Notes under the pieces: model-generated
Database searches by the model: none
Told to the model about the DNA's origin: nothing
The model's input: only the letters and a program-made list of their open reading frames with translations
Position numbers and translations under genes: made by a program
Assembly (NCBI GenBank): GCA_025352405.1
Contig: JANXTM010000187.1
Span: 632-64,631 of the forward strand
Reading direction: 5' to 3'
Length of the DNA: 64,000 bases
From: Polaromonas sp.
GTDB lineage: Bacteria > Pseudomonadota > Gammaproteobacteria > Burkholderiales > Burkholderiaceae_C
In this document: positions 31,567 to 40,853 of the stretch, one piece after another
Layout of the letters: each line of letters starts with the position of its first letter
Numbering within the stretch: position 1 is the first letter of the stretch

Positions 31567-31642
31567 AGGAGCACTCCTGAAAAAATGGATGTACCGATGC
31601 TACGCTTTGCTTATTTTTTTGTATGTCTAATTTTTATTAAAA

Positions 31643-31661
31643 AATGAAATTAAATTTCATT
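31643..31661. promoter_or_regulatory. Perfect palindrome AATGAAATT-A-AATTTCATT in the glmS/Lrp divergent promoter
   Basis: 9-bp arms with a 1-nt spacer; core TGAAA-N5-TTTCA. Confidence 0.6.
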
Positions 31662-31702
31662 ACTTTGTATAATTTTATTTATATTCCATTTATATTATAA
31701 AA

Positions 31703-32209
31703 ATGGAACAAATCGACAAAAAAGGAGGTCTGGAAGGCTTGGATCTGACAGACCTCAAACTACTTGAAGCATTGCAAACCGATGCATCGCTGAGCAACCA
31801 GGCCCTGGCAGAGCGCGTACACATCTCGCCGCCCACCTGCCTGCGCCGTGTCAAGCGGCTGCGCGATATGGGACTGGTTGAGCGTCAAATCGCCCTGCTG
31901 AGCCCCGACAAGCTGTCTGCGCTGCTCGGGCACGGCTTAACGGCGATCATTGAAATCACGCTGGACCGACAGGCTGTCGGGCAGCTGGAGGCATTTGAGG
32001 AAAAGGTCGCACTGGAGCGTGCTGTGCAGCAGTGCTACCGGGTGTCACCTGGCCCGGATTTCATACTGCTGGTGCATGTGCTGGACATGCCGCATTACCT
32101 AACCATGACGCAGCGGCTTTTCACCAATGACGCCAATGTACGCAATGTAAAGGCTTTCTTCAGCACCAAGCGCTCAAAGTTTGAGCCAAAAGTGCTTCTT
32201 GATCAATAA
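31703..32209 (+). CDS. Lrp/AsnC family regulator divergent from glmS
   Basis: LDLTDLKLLEALQ, HTH SPPTCLRRVKRL, C-terminal RAM domain. Confidence 0.92.
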   Translation: MEQIDKKGGLEGLDLTDLKLLEALQTDASLSNQALAERVHISPPTCLRRVKRLRDMGLVERQIALLSPDKLSALLGHGLTAIIEITLDRQAVGQLEAFEEKVALERAVQQCYRVSPGPDFILLVHVLDMPHYLTMTQRLFTNDANVRNVKAFFSTKRSKFEPKVLLDQ

Positions 32210-32242
32210 AAACGGGGGCTACGCGCTATAAAAACCGCAGCA
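32180..32242 (+). repeat. Dispersed ~63-bp repeat, copy 4, straddling the Lrp stop codon
   Basis: TTTGAGCCAAAAGTGCT-N28-GCTAT-AAAAACC-GCAGC; supplies the last codons (FEPKVLLDQ*). Confidence 0.65.
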
Positions 32243-32246
32243 CATC

Positions 32247-33230
<984 letters not shown>

Positions 33231-33252
33231 TCAATCTATCGGTCAAGGTAAT

Positions 33253-33606
33253 TTATGCGCCTATGGTGAACTCTTCTTTGATACGCCCCTGGGCAATCAG
33301 CGCAGCCATCCAGCGCGGTGTCAAGCCCCGGCCGCTCCAGGATTGGCCCTCAGGTCCACGGTACTTGGCAGCGACTGGCACACCGGCAGCTTTTTTAACG
33401 CCCGCCGCTGCACGTTTTTTATCAGGCACGCGCGCCGCTGTCTTTTTGGAACCTTTGCCTGCCTGCAGATCTTTGACGGTAATGCCGAAAGCCTGCATTT
33501 TCTCGCGAATTTCCTGGACTGTTTTATGAAATTCCCTGGCCTTGATTTCAGAGGCCTGTTTTTGCAGCTTTTCGATCTGGCTCTGGATATTAACTAAATT
33601 ATTCAT
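33253..33606 (-). CDS. hns: H-NS/BpH3-like nucleoid protein
   Basis: Coiled-coil N-terminus and KYRGPEGQSWSGRGLTPRW DNA-binding motif. Confidence 0.9.
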   Translation of the reverse strand: MNNLVNIQSQIEKLQKQASEIKAREFHKTVQEIREKMQAFGITVKDLQAGKGSKKTAARVPDKKRAAAGVKKAAGVPVAAKYRGPEGQSWSGRGLTPRWMAALIAQGRIKEEFTIGA

Positions 33607-33685
33607 GCTGAAAACCTTAAAAAGAATATTTAATTGTTTGGCTTATAAAGCAGTTCTGGTAAATCGACTTGTGCAGCCAGCTTAT

Positions 33686-34789
33686 TTACCGACGCAACCA
33701 TTTCGGGATTTTAAATCGAACGATAGCGACATAAGCAGCGATATAGCTTAATGCGAATAAAATACAAAATGCAATCAATATTGGTGTGTTTGTCCAGAAC
33801 ATGACTGCAGGTAGCACCGTCAGCAGGGTAAAACTCCACAAATAGGGTGACGTGCGGTTGTTGCGCATCAGCATGCGACGCGACACATCGTCATGAAATA
33901 CACCACGCACCATGCGCCGGTAAATCAGTTGATGAAAGTGCAGCGCATCAGCCACCCCGGGCGAGCCGCCGCGCATCAGCTTGCGATAAATTGAAAATAC
34001 CGTCTCCCACACCGGGTAAATCAAAAGCAACATGGGAAACCAAGGCGAGACCTGATCGTGGCGCTGCACCAGAACAACGCTGGCCACCGCAATTACCAAG
34101 CCCCATAAATATGCGCCGCCGTCCCCGGCAAAAATAAGCCCACGCGGATAATTCAACAGCAAAAACCCCGCAGTAGCGCCCGCCATACAGATCACCATGG
34201 CGGCCAGTTGCCGGTCTCCCAACTGCAGCGCAACATGTGCAATGGCCAGACACACCAGCAGGGCAACCGTTGCAGCCAAGCCGTTGTAACCGTCAATAAT
34301 ATTAAACGCGTGCGGCAAGCCGCTGATGGCGATAAATGCCAGAACAATACCAGCCCAGGGCATGGCAAGCAGCATGCTGTCAATACCGGGCAGGCCCAGC
34401 CGATTCACCGAGAGTCCCATCAATCCACACGCGAGTGCAGCAGAAATGGCCGTCAGGGTAAGCCGGTAGCGCACCGAAAGGCGCTGGGTAACGTCTTCAT
34501 AAGCTCCGCCAAAAACAGCTGGTATCAGCACCGCAATCCAGGGCACGATAAATACCCACTCAATATCTGTATTCAAGCGGTCACCCAGAGCCCCCGCCGC
34601 AACAGCCAGCAGCCAACCACACACCATGCCTGCGAAGACGCAAACACCGCCTACACGCGGCACATCTCCAACATGAAAACGCTGGGGTTTGGATTCGTCA
34701 TATTGTCCGGCATGACGCAGCGGCATGCGAATAACCAGAACAGCGGCTGCTAGGGCCACAAAAAAACTGCACAACAAAAGAATCAGCAT
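33686..34789 (-). CDS. MraY/WecA-like polyprenyl-phosphate sugar-1-phosphate transferase (glycosyl transferase family 4)
   Basis: HVGDVPRVGG, NIIDGYNGL, FAGDGGAY, LHFHQ. Confidence 0.9.
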   Translation of the reverse strand: MLILLLCSFFVALAAAVLVIRMPLRHAGQYDESKPQRFHVGDVPRVGGVCVFAGMVCGWLLAVAAGALGDRLNTDIEWVFIVPWIAVLIPAVFGGAYEDVTQRLSVRYRLTLTAISAALACGLMGLSVNRLGLPGIDSMLLAMPWAGIVLAFIAISGLPHAFNIIDGYNGLAATVALLVCLAIAHVALQLGDRQLAAMVICMAGATAGFLLLNYPRGLIFAGDGGAYLWGLVIAVASVVLVQRHDQVSPWFPMLLLIYPVWETVFSIYRKLMRGGSPGVADALHFHQLIYRRMVRGVFHDDVSRRMLMRNNRTSPYLWSFTLLTVLPAVMFWTNTPILIAFCILFALSYIAAYVAIVRFKIPKWLRR

Positions 34790-34866
34790 ATTTCCCCGCC
34801 CCCTCAATTATTAGTATCTCTGCATTATCTGCGCTTCACCGATGTATATAGGCAGACCGACGGACT

Positions 34867-35679
34867 TTACCGTTTTTGTTTGATACGGGAGAAGTTTCGA
34901 TAGGAGGCGCTGGTCCACAAACGCATCAGGCTGACCACATGCCACGCCAGATGCGTGAGATTGACCCGGCTGCTGCGATGCGCTGCGTGCGTAACCTTCA
35001 GGCCAGACAGCGACAAACCATAGCCCGCAAGCTGCAGGCGAAGACAAATATCCACATCTTCGCAATACATGAAGTAACGCTCGTCAAAACCGCCCAGCTG
35101 CTTGAACACGCGCCCGCGGAACAACATGAATGCGCCATTGACCCAGTCTGGCTTGGACTGGTGCTGCGTATGACGGGAAACGCCAAACGGGCTGTAGCGC
35201 TCGAGCAGAGCCGCAGGCGACGGCACGCTGCGGGCGTGGTCCTGCAGTTGTCCGGCCACATCGACCTGAACCGGGAAACTGCATCCCACCCTTGGGTCGA
35301 CCAGCTTGCTTATCAGGTCTGCAAACGGATCCACATCAAAATCAATATCGGGATTGAGGACGCAAAAATAGTCAAGCTTGCTGTGCCGGAATGCCGCGTT
35401 GTGGTTAGCCCCAAAACCTTTGGGCTGCGGGTTTTGTAATACGGTTAGCTCAAAAGCCCAGTGCCGGGCTTTTGCCTGCGCGACCAGTGCGGGCTCCGGC
35501 ACATTGATGGTCAACACCACATGCCCCACATGCAAAAGGCAAAGCGCATGGAGTCTACAGAGCAGCTGCACGACCTGATCGCCATGCCCGTGGCTCACGA
35601 CCGATACCGTGACGGTTGGCGTAACTGTAGGCATCAAAGTTGAAGTGACGCCGGGCGGTGTCGTTTCCTGCAAATCCAC
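34867..35679 (-). CDS. GT2 family glycosyltransferase (rhamnosyltransferase-like)
   Basis: GFGANHN, LNPD, WVNGAFML, GFDERYFMYCEDVD. Confidence 0.9.
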   Translation of the reverse strand: MDLQETTPPGVTSTLMPTVTPTVTVSVVSHGHGDQVVQLLCRLHALCLLHVGHVVLTINVPEPALVAQAKARHWAFELTVLQNPQPKGFGANHNAAFRHSKLDYFCVLNPDIDFDVDPFADLISKLVDPRVGCSFPVQVDVAGQLQDHARSVPSPAALLERYSPFGVSRHTQHQSKPDWVNGAFMLFRGRVFKQLGGFDERYFMYCEDVDICLRLQLAGYGLSLSGLKVTHAAHRSSRVNLTHLAWHVVSLMRLWTSASYRNFSRIKQKR

Positions 35680-35684
35680 GCCCT

Positions 35685-36641
35685 TTAAAACCGGCCAGCC
35701 GTTTTGCGTTTGGCCATCAAGCCGCTGCGCAGGCCCTGAGCGCCCAGATAAAACGGCGCCACCGCCCCCAGTGCTGTCGGCACAATGCCCAGCGCATCGA
35801 GTCCTGGCAACTGGCCACTGGCCACGTTGTCGGTCTTCATGGAGTCCAGGTTGTCGCGGCTCATCAGCGGCTGCCCGGGGGCCATCTCCATCATCCAGGC
35901 CTGCAGACGGGCCAAGGCATCAGGCAGACCAATGACGGGGCGCCCAGCACCCTGGTTGATGCCGCTGTAGCGTCCTGCAAGCTGTACCAGTTGCTTCAGG
36001 GTGAACACTTCAGGCCCACAGACTTCGTAGATTTTTCCGGCAGTGGTCTTGTCCTCAAGACAGCGCACCAGGGCCGTCGCCACGTCTTCAACCCACACTG
36101 GCTGAAAGCGGGCCTGGCTTCCAGCCAGAGGAATCACGGGAAAAAACTGCTGCAGGCTGGCGAAGGTGTTGAGAAACTTGTCTTCGGCCCCAAAGATCAC
36201 GCTGGGCCGCAACACACTTACATCCAGCGCCGCGTCCAGCAGCACGGCCTCGCCGCGCGCCTTGCTGCGCAGGTACATGGAGGGCGCGTTGGCGCTGGCA
36301 CCGAGTGCGCTGACATGTACGATGCGCCGCTGGCCCACGGCCGCGCAAGCCTTGGCCAGCTCCAGCGGCAGTTGCACATGGGCTTTTTCAAAGGCCGCTT
36401 CGGTGCCGTGCAGGATGGCGACCAGGTTGACCACTGCATCGTGGTCTTGCAGCAAGGGGATCAGCGACGTGCTGTCATGCTGCGCGACCTCAACAATATC
36501 CACCATGGGCAGCATTTGCAGGTGCTGGGCATTGCGCCGCCTGCGCGTGATGATGGTCACGCGGCAAGGCAGTGCAGCGAGCTTTTCGCAAAGATGGCGG
36601 CCCACAAAGCCGGTACCACCAAGGATAAGGATTTTTTTCAT
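35685..36641 (-). CDS. Complex I NDUFA9-like NAD(P)-binding protein
   Basis: GGTGFVG, HVSALGA, YLRSKARGE, RPSVIFG, QPVWVEDVA. Confidence 0.92.
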   Translation of the reverse strand: MKKILILGGTGFVGRHLCEKLAALPCRVTIITRRRRNAQHLQMLPMVDIVEVAQHDSTSLIPLLQDHDAVVNLVAILHGTEAAFEKAHVQLPLELAKACAAVGQRRIVHVSALGASANAPSMYLRSKARGEAVLLDAALDVSVLRPSVIFGAEDKFLNTFASLQQFFPVIPLAGSQARFQPVWVEDVATALVRCLEDKTTAGKIYEVCGPEVFTLKQLVQLAGRYSGINQGAGRPVIGLPDALARLQAWMMEMAPGQPLMSRDNLDSMKTDNVASGQLPGLDALGIVPTALGAVAPFYLGAQGLRSGLMAKRKTAGRF

Positions 36642-36701
36642 AGTCTCTAATTTAGCGTGTTTGGATAACGTCAGACCTACCGACCCGGCAGAAACCCATT
36701 T

Positions 36702-36765
36702 TTTAGGTCAATTTAGCCCTTATCGGTAGCGAATACGGAGGCAATTCGCTATGAATTAGGTAGCA
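36702..36765 (+). repeat. Dispersed ~63-bp repeat, copy 5, intergenic
   Basis: TTTAGGTCAATTTAGCC-N29-GCTAT-GAATTAG-GTAGC. Confidence 0.75.
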
Positions 36766-36822
36766 AATAAAAAATCAGGCCCTGTTGCCTTGCATACCCC
36801 AGTGGAGTGGCGGCATGCCAAA

Positions 36823-37156
36823 TCAGACCGGCTCGCTAAACTTCAGCAAGTTGCCGTGCGGATTGCTCACGTAAAACGCATTCATGCCCCCAGGCCTGTC
36901 TTCGGGGGGGGGTGACATCGGCACCGCGGGGTTTGAACTCCCGATGCAACGCCTGGGTGCCGGACATTTGCTCATTGCAGGATGTGTTTTGCGCAATCAG
37001 CGGGTTATCGCAAGCGTGAAAATGCCGCTCTCAGCCATCTCACCCCATGACGTCGTCGGTGATCCGGGTCATCACTACAAAGCCCAGGCGTCCGGTATAA
37101 AACGCAAGGCTCTCGTCGAAATTTAACGGTGCCAGAACCGGTACCGTGCCCTGCAC
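36823..37156 (-). pseudogene. VOC/glyoxalase (bleomycin-resistance-like) pseudogene
   Basis: VPVLAPLNFDESLAFYTGRLGF...HFHACDNPLIAQNTSC...; TGA stops at 37040 and 37031; +1 slip in the C9 run (36904-36912) restores VTPPEDRPGGMNAFYVSNPHGNLLKFSEPV*. Confidence 0.8.
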
Positions 37157-37191
37157 CCGCCCACTGTCGTTTGCAGGAACTGGTGCGGTAG

Positions 37192-39300
37192 TTATGGCAG
37201 CGTCCTGTCCGGCTCTGGCTGGGTAACATCGCGTGGGCCAACCATGCCCAAACGGGCTTTGAGTGACTGCGGCTGGCCAGTCAAAATCGCTGCGTAGCTG
37301 GTGGTGTTGGACAACACTTTTTTAACGTAGTCGCGCGTCTCGCTGAAGGGCACGTTCTCGGCCCAGATCGCGGCTTCCAGCACCGGGCTGCCCACCTGCC
37401 CGCGCCAGGTACGGGGACGACCCGGCCCGGCGTTGTAGGCCGCAGCGGCCAGCGGCAGAGAGCCCGACAAATCATCGAGCACCAGCTTCAGGTAGCCCGT
37501 GCCGATGGCGATGTTGGTGTCACGGTCGGTGATCTGGTCAGCCGTGAAGCCGACCATGCCAATGCGGCGTGCGGTCTCGCGTGCGGTGGCGGGCATCACC
37601 TGCATCAGGCCGGAGGCACCGACACCCGAGCGGGCATCCATGACGAAGCGGCTTTCCTGGCGGATCAGCCCGTACACATAAGCCGGGTCAAGGCTGATGG
37701 CTTGGGCGCGCTTGACCACGGCCTCACGAAAAGGCATGGGGAAGCGCTGCTCAAGATCGACCACCGTTTTGGTCCGTTCGCTGGTGTTGATGCAGCGGTC
37801 CCATATTTGGCGGTCACAGGCGAGCTGGGCGGCGGCCAGCAGTTCACGGTCTGACATACCGCCGGGTTTGGCCAAATTGGTGCTGTAGTTCCATTCACGC
37901 ACCCCCTCGGCTCGCAAACCGATGGCGATAGCGTAGCTGGCGCGGCTCAAGCCGGGGTTCTGGCGCGCAGCTTCCTTTTCTTCGGCGCTGGGCACGGCTG
38001 GCTTGGGCGGCACCGTGATTTTCTGGCCTAGCTCCTCAAGGGCCAGTTGCTCGTAAAAACCGCGCACCGAAGCGATGGATTGCAGCAACGCCAGAGCTTC
38101 GGCGCGCTGGGAGCCAATGGCAGGCTGCACCGTCGACACAAGCGCAGGGCTGGCGGGTGCCGCAACGGCAGGCAGGGTTGCCAGCAGCGCACGCGCCTTC
38201 CAGTAGCTCCAGGTAGGGTCGTTGCGCGCATCAACGCTCATGGCGTTGATGGCTGACAGCACCATTGGCCAGCTCGGTTTACGCCCGGCGCGCAAAGCCG
38301 CCCGTACTTTCCAGCCCAACATTTCATCGGTCAGGTCAGCGTCTTTGTCGACCCGGGAAAAGTATTTCACCGCCTCGCTGCCCGGAACGGTGCCCATGCG
38401 GGTGGCGGTTTGCTTGCCGATCACGCCCCAAACCCAGTTGCGCTCTTCGCTGGTGAGCTGGTTGCCCCACTTGGTGTCCATCATGTTGGCCGCAGCTTCA
38501 GCGTCGGTACTGGCCATTTTGACCAGCGCCAGCGCGATCAACTCTTTGCGGGTTTTACGAATCGCCAGCGATTTGTCTGTTAAAAACTTTGCCGGGCTGT
38601 TGAACAGGTCGGTCACCATGCCCACGGACTCCGGCGAAATGATGGCCACCGCATCACGTGCGGCGCGTGGCCGGTTGGCCTCCGCTGCCAGACGGGCCTT
38701 TTGCCACACGTCGTCCACGGTGAGCTGTTTGGTGCCCACCAGGCGCGCGGCTGCGGTGGTGCACCCGTCGTCACCATCGCGCTGAGACATCCAGTTCTTT
38801 TTGACCTCGGTTGCAATGGCAGCTGCACCTGGCGCCGTGGGGCCGCTTTTGAGGTAATCGACCAGCAGCGCGTAGCAGCGTACTTCCTTGTCATCGCCCA
38901 TGCGGTATTGGGGGTGCTCAACTTCAAATGTGGTCCAGTCGCGCCGCTGGCCCAGCAGCAGCAGCCAGTCGTTGCGCAACCGGTCTTCCTGATAGCTGCC
39001 AGCATAACGCGCAAGGAAATCCTGTACCTCCAAGGTCGTCACCTCGGCAAGGCGGCTCTTGATTTCCCAGTATGCCGCCCAGGGCTCCAGTGGATGACCT
39101 TTCGCTTGTGGCAACAGCTGCGCCAGTTTTTTGCGGTCACCGCGCCTGTAAGCCTGGTTCATGTCCAGCAGCGCGCTGTCGCCCGCTGCGTTGGCACCAG
39201 GGGCGGCGCTTTGGGCAAAGGCTGGCGACAGCAACGCCAGCGAGATTGCCGGAGCGACAACAGTCGCCAAAACAGTACTGAAAAGAAATTTGGATAGCAT
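37192..39300 (-). CDS. slt: Soluble lytic murein transglycosylase
   Basis: Superhelical N-terminal domain; catalytic RQES, GLMQ, AAYNAG, ETRDYV. Confidence 0.93.
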   Translation of the reverse strand: MLSKFLFSTVLATVVAPAISLALLSPAFAQSAAPGANAAGDSALLDMNQAYRRGDRKKLAQLLPQAKGHPLEPWAAYWEIKSRLAEVTTLEVQDFLARYAGSYQEDRLRNDWLLLLGQRRDWTTFEVEHPQYRMGDDKEVRCYALLVDYLKSGPTAPGAAAIATEVKKNWMSQRDGDDGCTTAAARLVGTKQLTVDDVWQKARLAAEANRPRAARDAVAIISPESVGMVTDLFNSPAKFLTDKSLAIRKTRKELIALALVKMASTDAEAAANMMDTKWGNQLTSEERNWVWGVIGKQTATRMGTVPGSEAVKYFSRVDKDADLTDEMLGWKVRAALRAGRKPSWPMVLSAINAMSVDARNDPTWSYWKARALLATLPAVAAPASPALVSTVQPAIGSQRAEALALLQSIASVRGFYEQLALEELGQKITVPPKPAVPSAEEKEAARQNPGLSRASYAIAIGLRAEGVREWNYSTNLAKPGGMSDRELLAAAQLACDRQIWDRCINTSERTKTVVDLEQRFPMPFREAVVKRAQAISLDPAYVYGLIRQESRFVMDARSGVGASGLMQVMPATARETARRIGMVGFTADQITDRDTNIAIGTGYLKLVLDDLSGSLPLAAAAYNAGPGRPRTWRGQVGSPVLEAAIWAENVPFSETRDYVKKVLSNTTSYAAILTGQPQSLKARLGMVGPRDVTQPEPDRTLP

Positions 39301-39309
39301 CAGGGCATT

Positions 39310-39972
39310 ATGGACAAATTATTAGACCGTTCAAACGACAAATCCGGCAGGCGCAAAGCACTCATTGAGGAACGCCTCAATCTGCCAGACCGACTGCAGC
39401 GTGCTGACCTGCTGCAGCGCGTGATGCGCATCTGGCTGTTTGGCCGTACCGACGAAGTGATAGGTGCCTACTGGCCCATCAAGGGCGAATTTGACCCCTT
39501 ACCCGCGCTTTACCGCTGGCAGGAAGATGCCATTTTGAATGAGTTTTCACAATCAGAAGGTGGCCTGCGGCAGGAACCACGGGCACAACTAGCTACAGAA
39601 AGCATAGCAGGCCGCTCTCCCCGCAAGATTGGACTGCCGGTGGTCGACAAGGTTCATAAAACCTTGACATTTCATGCCTGGTACCCCGGTTGCCCCATGG
39701 AAGAAGACGCCTACGGCATTCCAAAACCCAAAAACACGGAAGTCATCGTGCCCACGCTGCTGTTTGTGCCCTGCGTGGGCTATGGGCCGGGGGGCTACCG
39801 GCTCGGTTATGGCGGTGGTTTTTATGACCGCACACTGGCCACCTTGCAGCCGCGCCCCGTGACCGTCGGGCTGGGCTACACAAACGGCTGGCTGCCAGAT
39901 TTAGAGCCAGAAGCCCACGACATACCGCTGGACGCGCTGCTCAATGACAACGGAGTGGTCTGGCCGGTTTAA
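39310..39972 (+). CDS. 5-formyltetrahydrofolate cyclo-ligase with an internal insertion
   Basis: GEFDP, IPKP, VPCVG, RLGYGGGFYDRTL, HDIPLD. Confidence 0.92.
   Translation: MDKLLDRSNDKSGRRKALIEERLNLPDRLQRADLLQRVMRIWLFGRTDEVIGAYWPIKGEFDPLPALYRWQEDAILNEFSQSEGGLRQEPRAQLATESIAGRSPRKIGLPVVDKVHKTLTFHAWYPGCPMEEDAYGIPKPKNTEVIVPTLLFVPCVGYGPGGYRLGYGGGFYDRTLATLQPRPVTVGLGYTNGWLPDLEPEAHDIPLDALLNDNGVVWPV
39544..39609 (+). repeat. Dispersed ~63-bp repeat, copy 6, in-frame insertion in the cyclo-ligase
   Basis: TTTTCACAATCAGAAGGTGGCC-TGCGGCAGGAACCACGGGCACAACTA-GCTAC-AGAAAGC-ATAGC. Confidence 0.75.
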
Positions 39973-39974
39973 TG

Positions 39975-40144
39975 CCCCCACGCTTGCCCACTGCGTGTGG
40001 CTACCTGCACCTTGCAGGCCGCCGCTCGCCAGAGGCTTCGCTTCTGTCACCTGTCCAAACCTGCTTAAGCAGGTTTGGAGCCGCAGGCTCCAGCCCCGAG
40101 GGGGCCGCTGCGCCTGTGGACCGGCGAAGCCGCTTCCAGGGCCC
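39975..40144 (+). repeat. Second repeat family (CCCCCACGCT...GCCCCGAGGGG...), copy A, with an ~88-bp nested insert
   Basis: Aligns with 42414-42492; the insert contains the perfect 26-bp palindrome TCCAAACCTGCTTAAGCAGGTTTGGA (40054-40079). Confidence 0.8.
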
Positions 40145-40245
40145 TCGTTTGAAAAGAAAGGTGTCCGCCCATCCGCATACCATCGTGTTTGCCAACCGTT
40201 CATAATCAGGGCTCACTTCATCGCTGGCTCTGGTAGTTCGGGACT

Positions 40246-40635
40246 TCAACGGGGCTTGTAAGCCACCACGTCAATTTCTACCCGCGCATCGACCATCAGC
40301 CGCGCCTCTGTTGTAGAGCGCGCCGGTTTTTTGTCGCCAAAGTAGCCCATATACACCCGGTTAAAACTGCCAAAGTCGCGTGCATCCTGCAGCCAGACGG
40401 TGGTTTTGCACACATCCTCAAGCGTGCAGCCCGCCAGCGCCAGGGCGGTTGACAGGTTTTTCATGACCTGGCGGGTTTGCACCTCAATGCCGCCCTGCAC
40501 GATTTCGCCTTTTTCATCGCCTGGCACCTGGCCCGACACATAAACAAAATCACCCGCGCGCACAGCGGGCGAAAACGGGCGGGGCTGCTGGTCAGAAGCC
40601 ACCGGCGGGTTACCAAAATATTCGAGTGCAGACAT
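40246..40635 (-). CDS. RidA/YjgF family enamine-imine deaminase
   Basis: PFSPA, YVSGQ, Q.RQ.M.N, PARST (conserved Arg), VEIDVVA. Confidence 0.93.
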   Translation of the reverse strand: MSALEYFGNPPVASDQQPRPFSPAVRAGDFVYVSGQVPGDEKGEIVQGGIEVQTRQVMKNLSTALALAGCTLEDVCKTTVWLQDARDFGSFNRVYMGYFGDKKPARSTTEARLMVDARVEIDVVAYKPR

Positions 40636-40737
40636 GTGACAAAGCTCCTGAAGGGTTAAAAAGCACGCAACAACAAAACCACCAGACTGGTGTGCAAGAC
40701 CGGACGCGACACGCCAAAGTCGTGCATCTTCAAATTA

Positions 40738-40752
40738 TGAAATATATTTTCA
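40738..40752. promoter_or_regulatory. Candidate operator TGAAA-TATAT-TTTCA (site 1) in the ridA/ABC divergent promoter
   Basis: Perfect 5-bp inverted repeat with 5-bp spacer; repeated at 40822. Confidence 0.55.
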
Positions 40753-40821
40753 CGTTTCTATTTTAATTCTAGGGTTTTTACGCATTTTCGCCAAAGAAAA
40801 CGTCACATATTCTCTAAGAAT

Positions 40822-40836
40822 TGAAATTAACTTTCA
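40822..40836. promoter_or_regulatory. Candidate operator TGAAA-TTAAC-TTTCA (site 2)
   Basis: Second copy of the same 15-bp motif, just upstream of the RBS of the binding-protein gene. Confidence 0.55.
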
Positions 40837-40853
40837 CTCTTAAGGACATCAGC

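Noticed and set aside
39290-39320. 6S RNA upstream of the 5-formyl-THF cyclo-ligase
   Set aside because: Only 9 nt separate it from the divergent slt; no room
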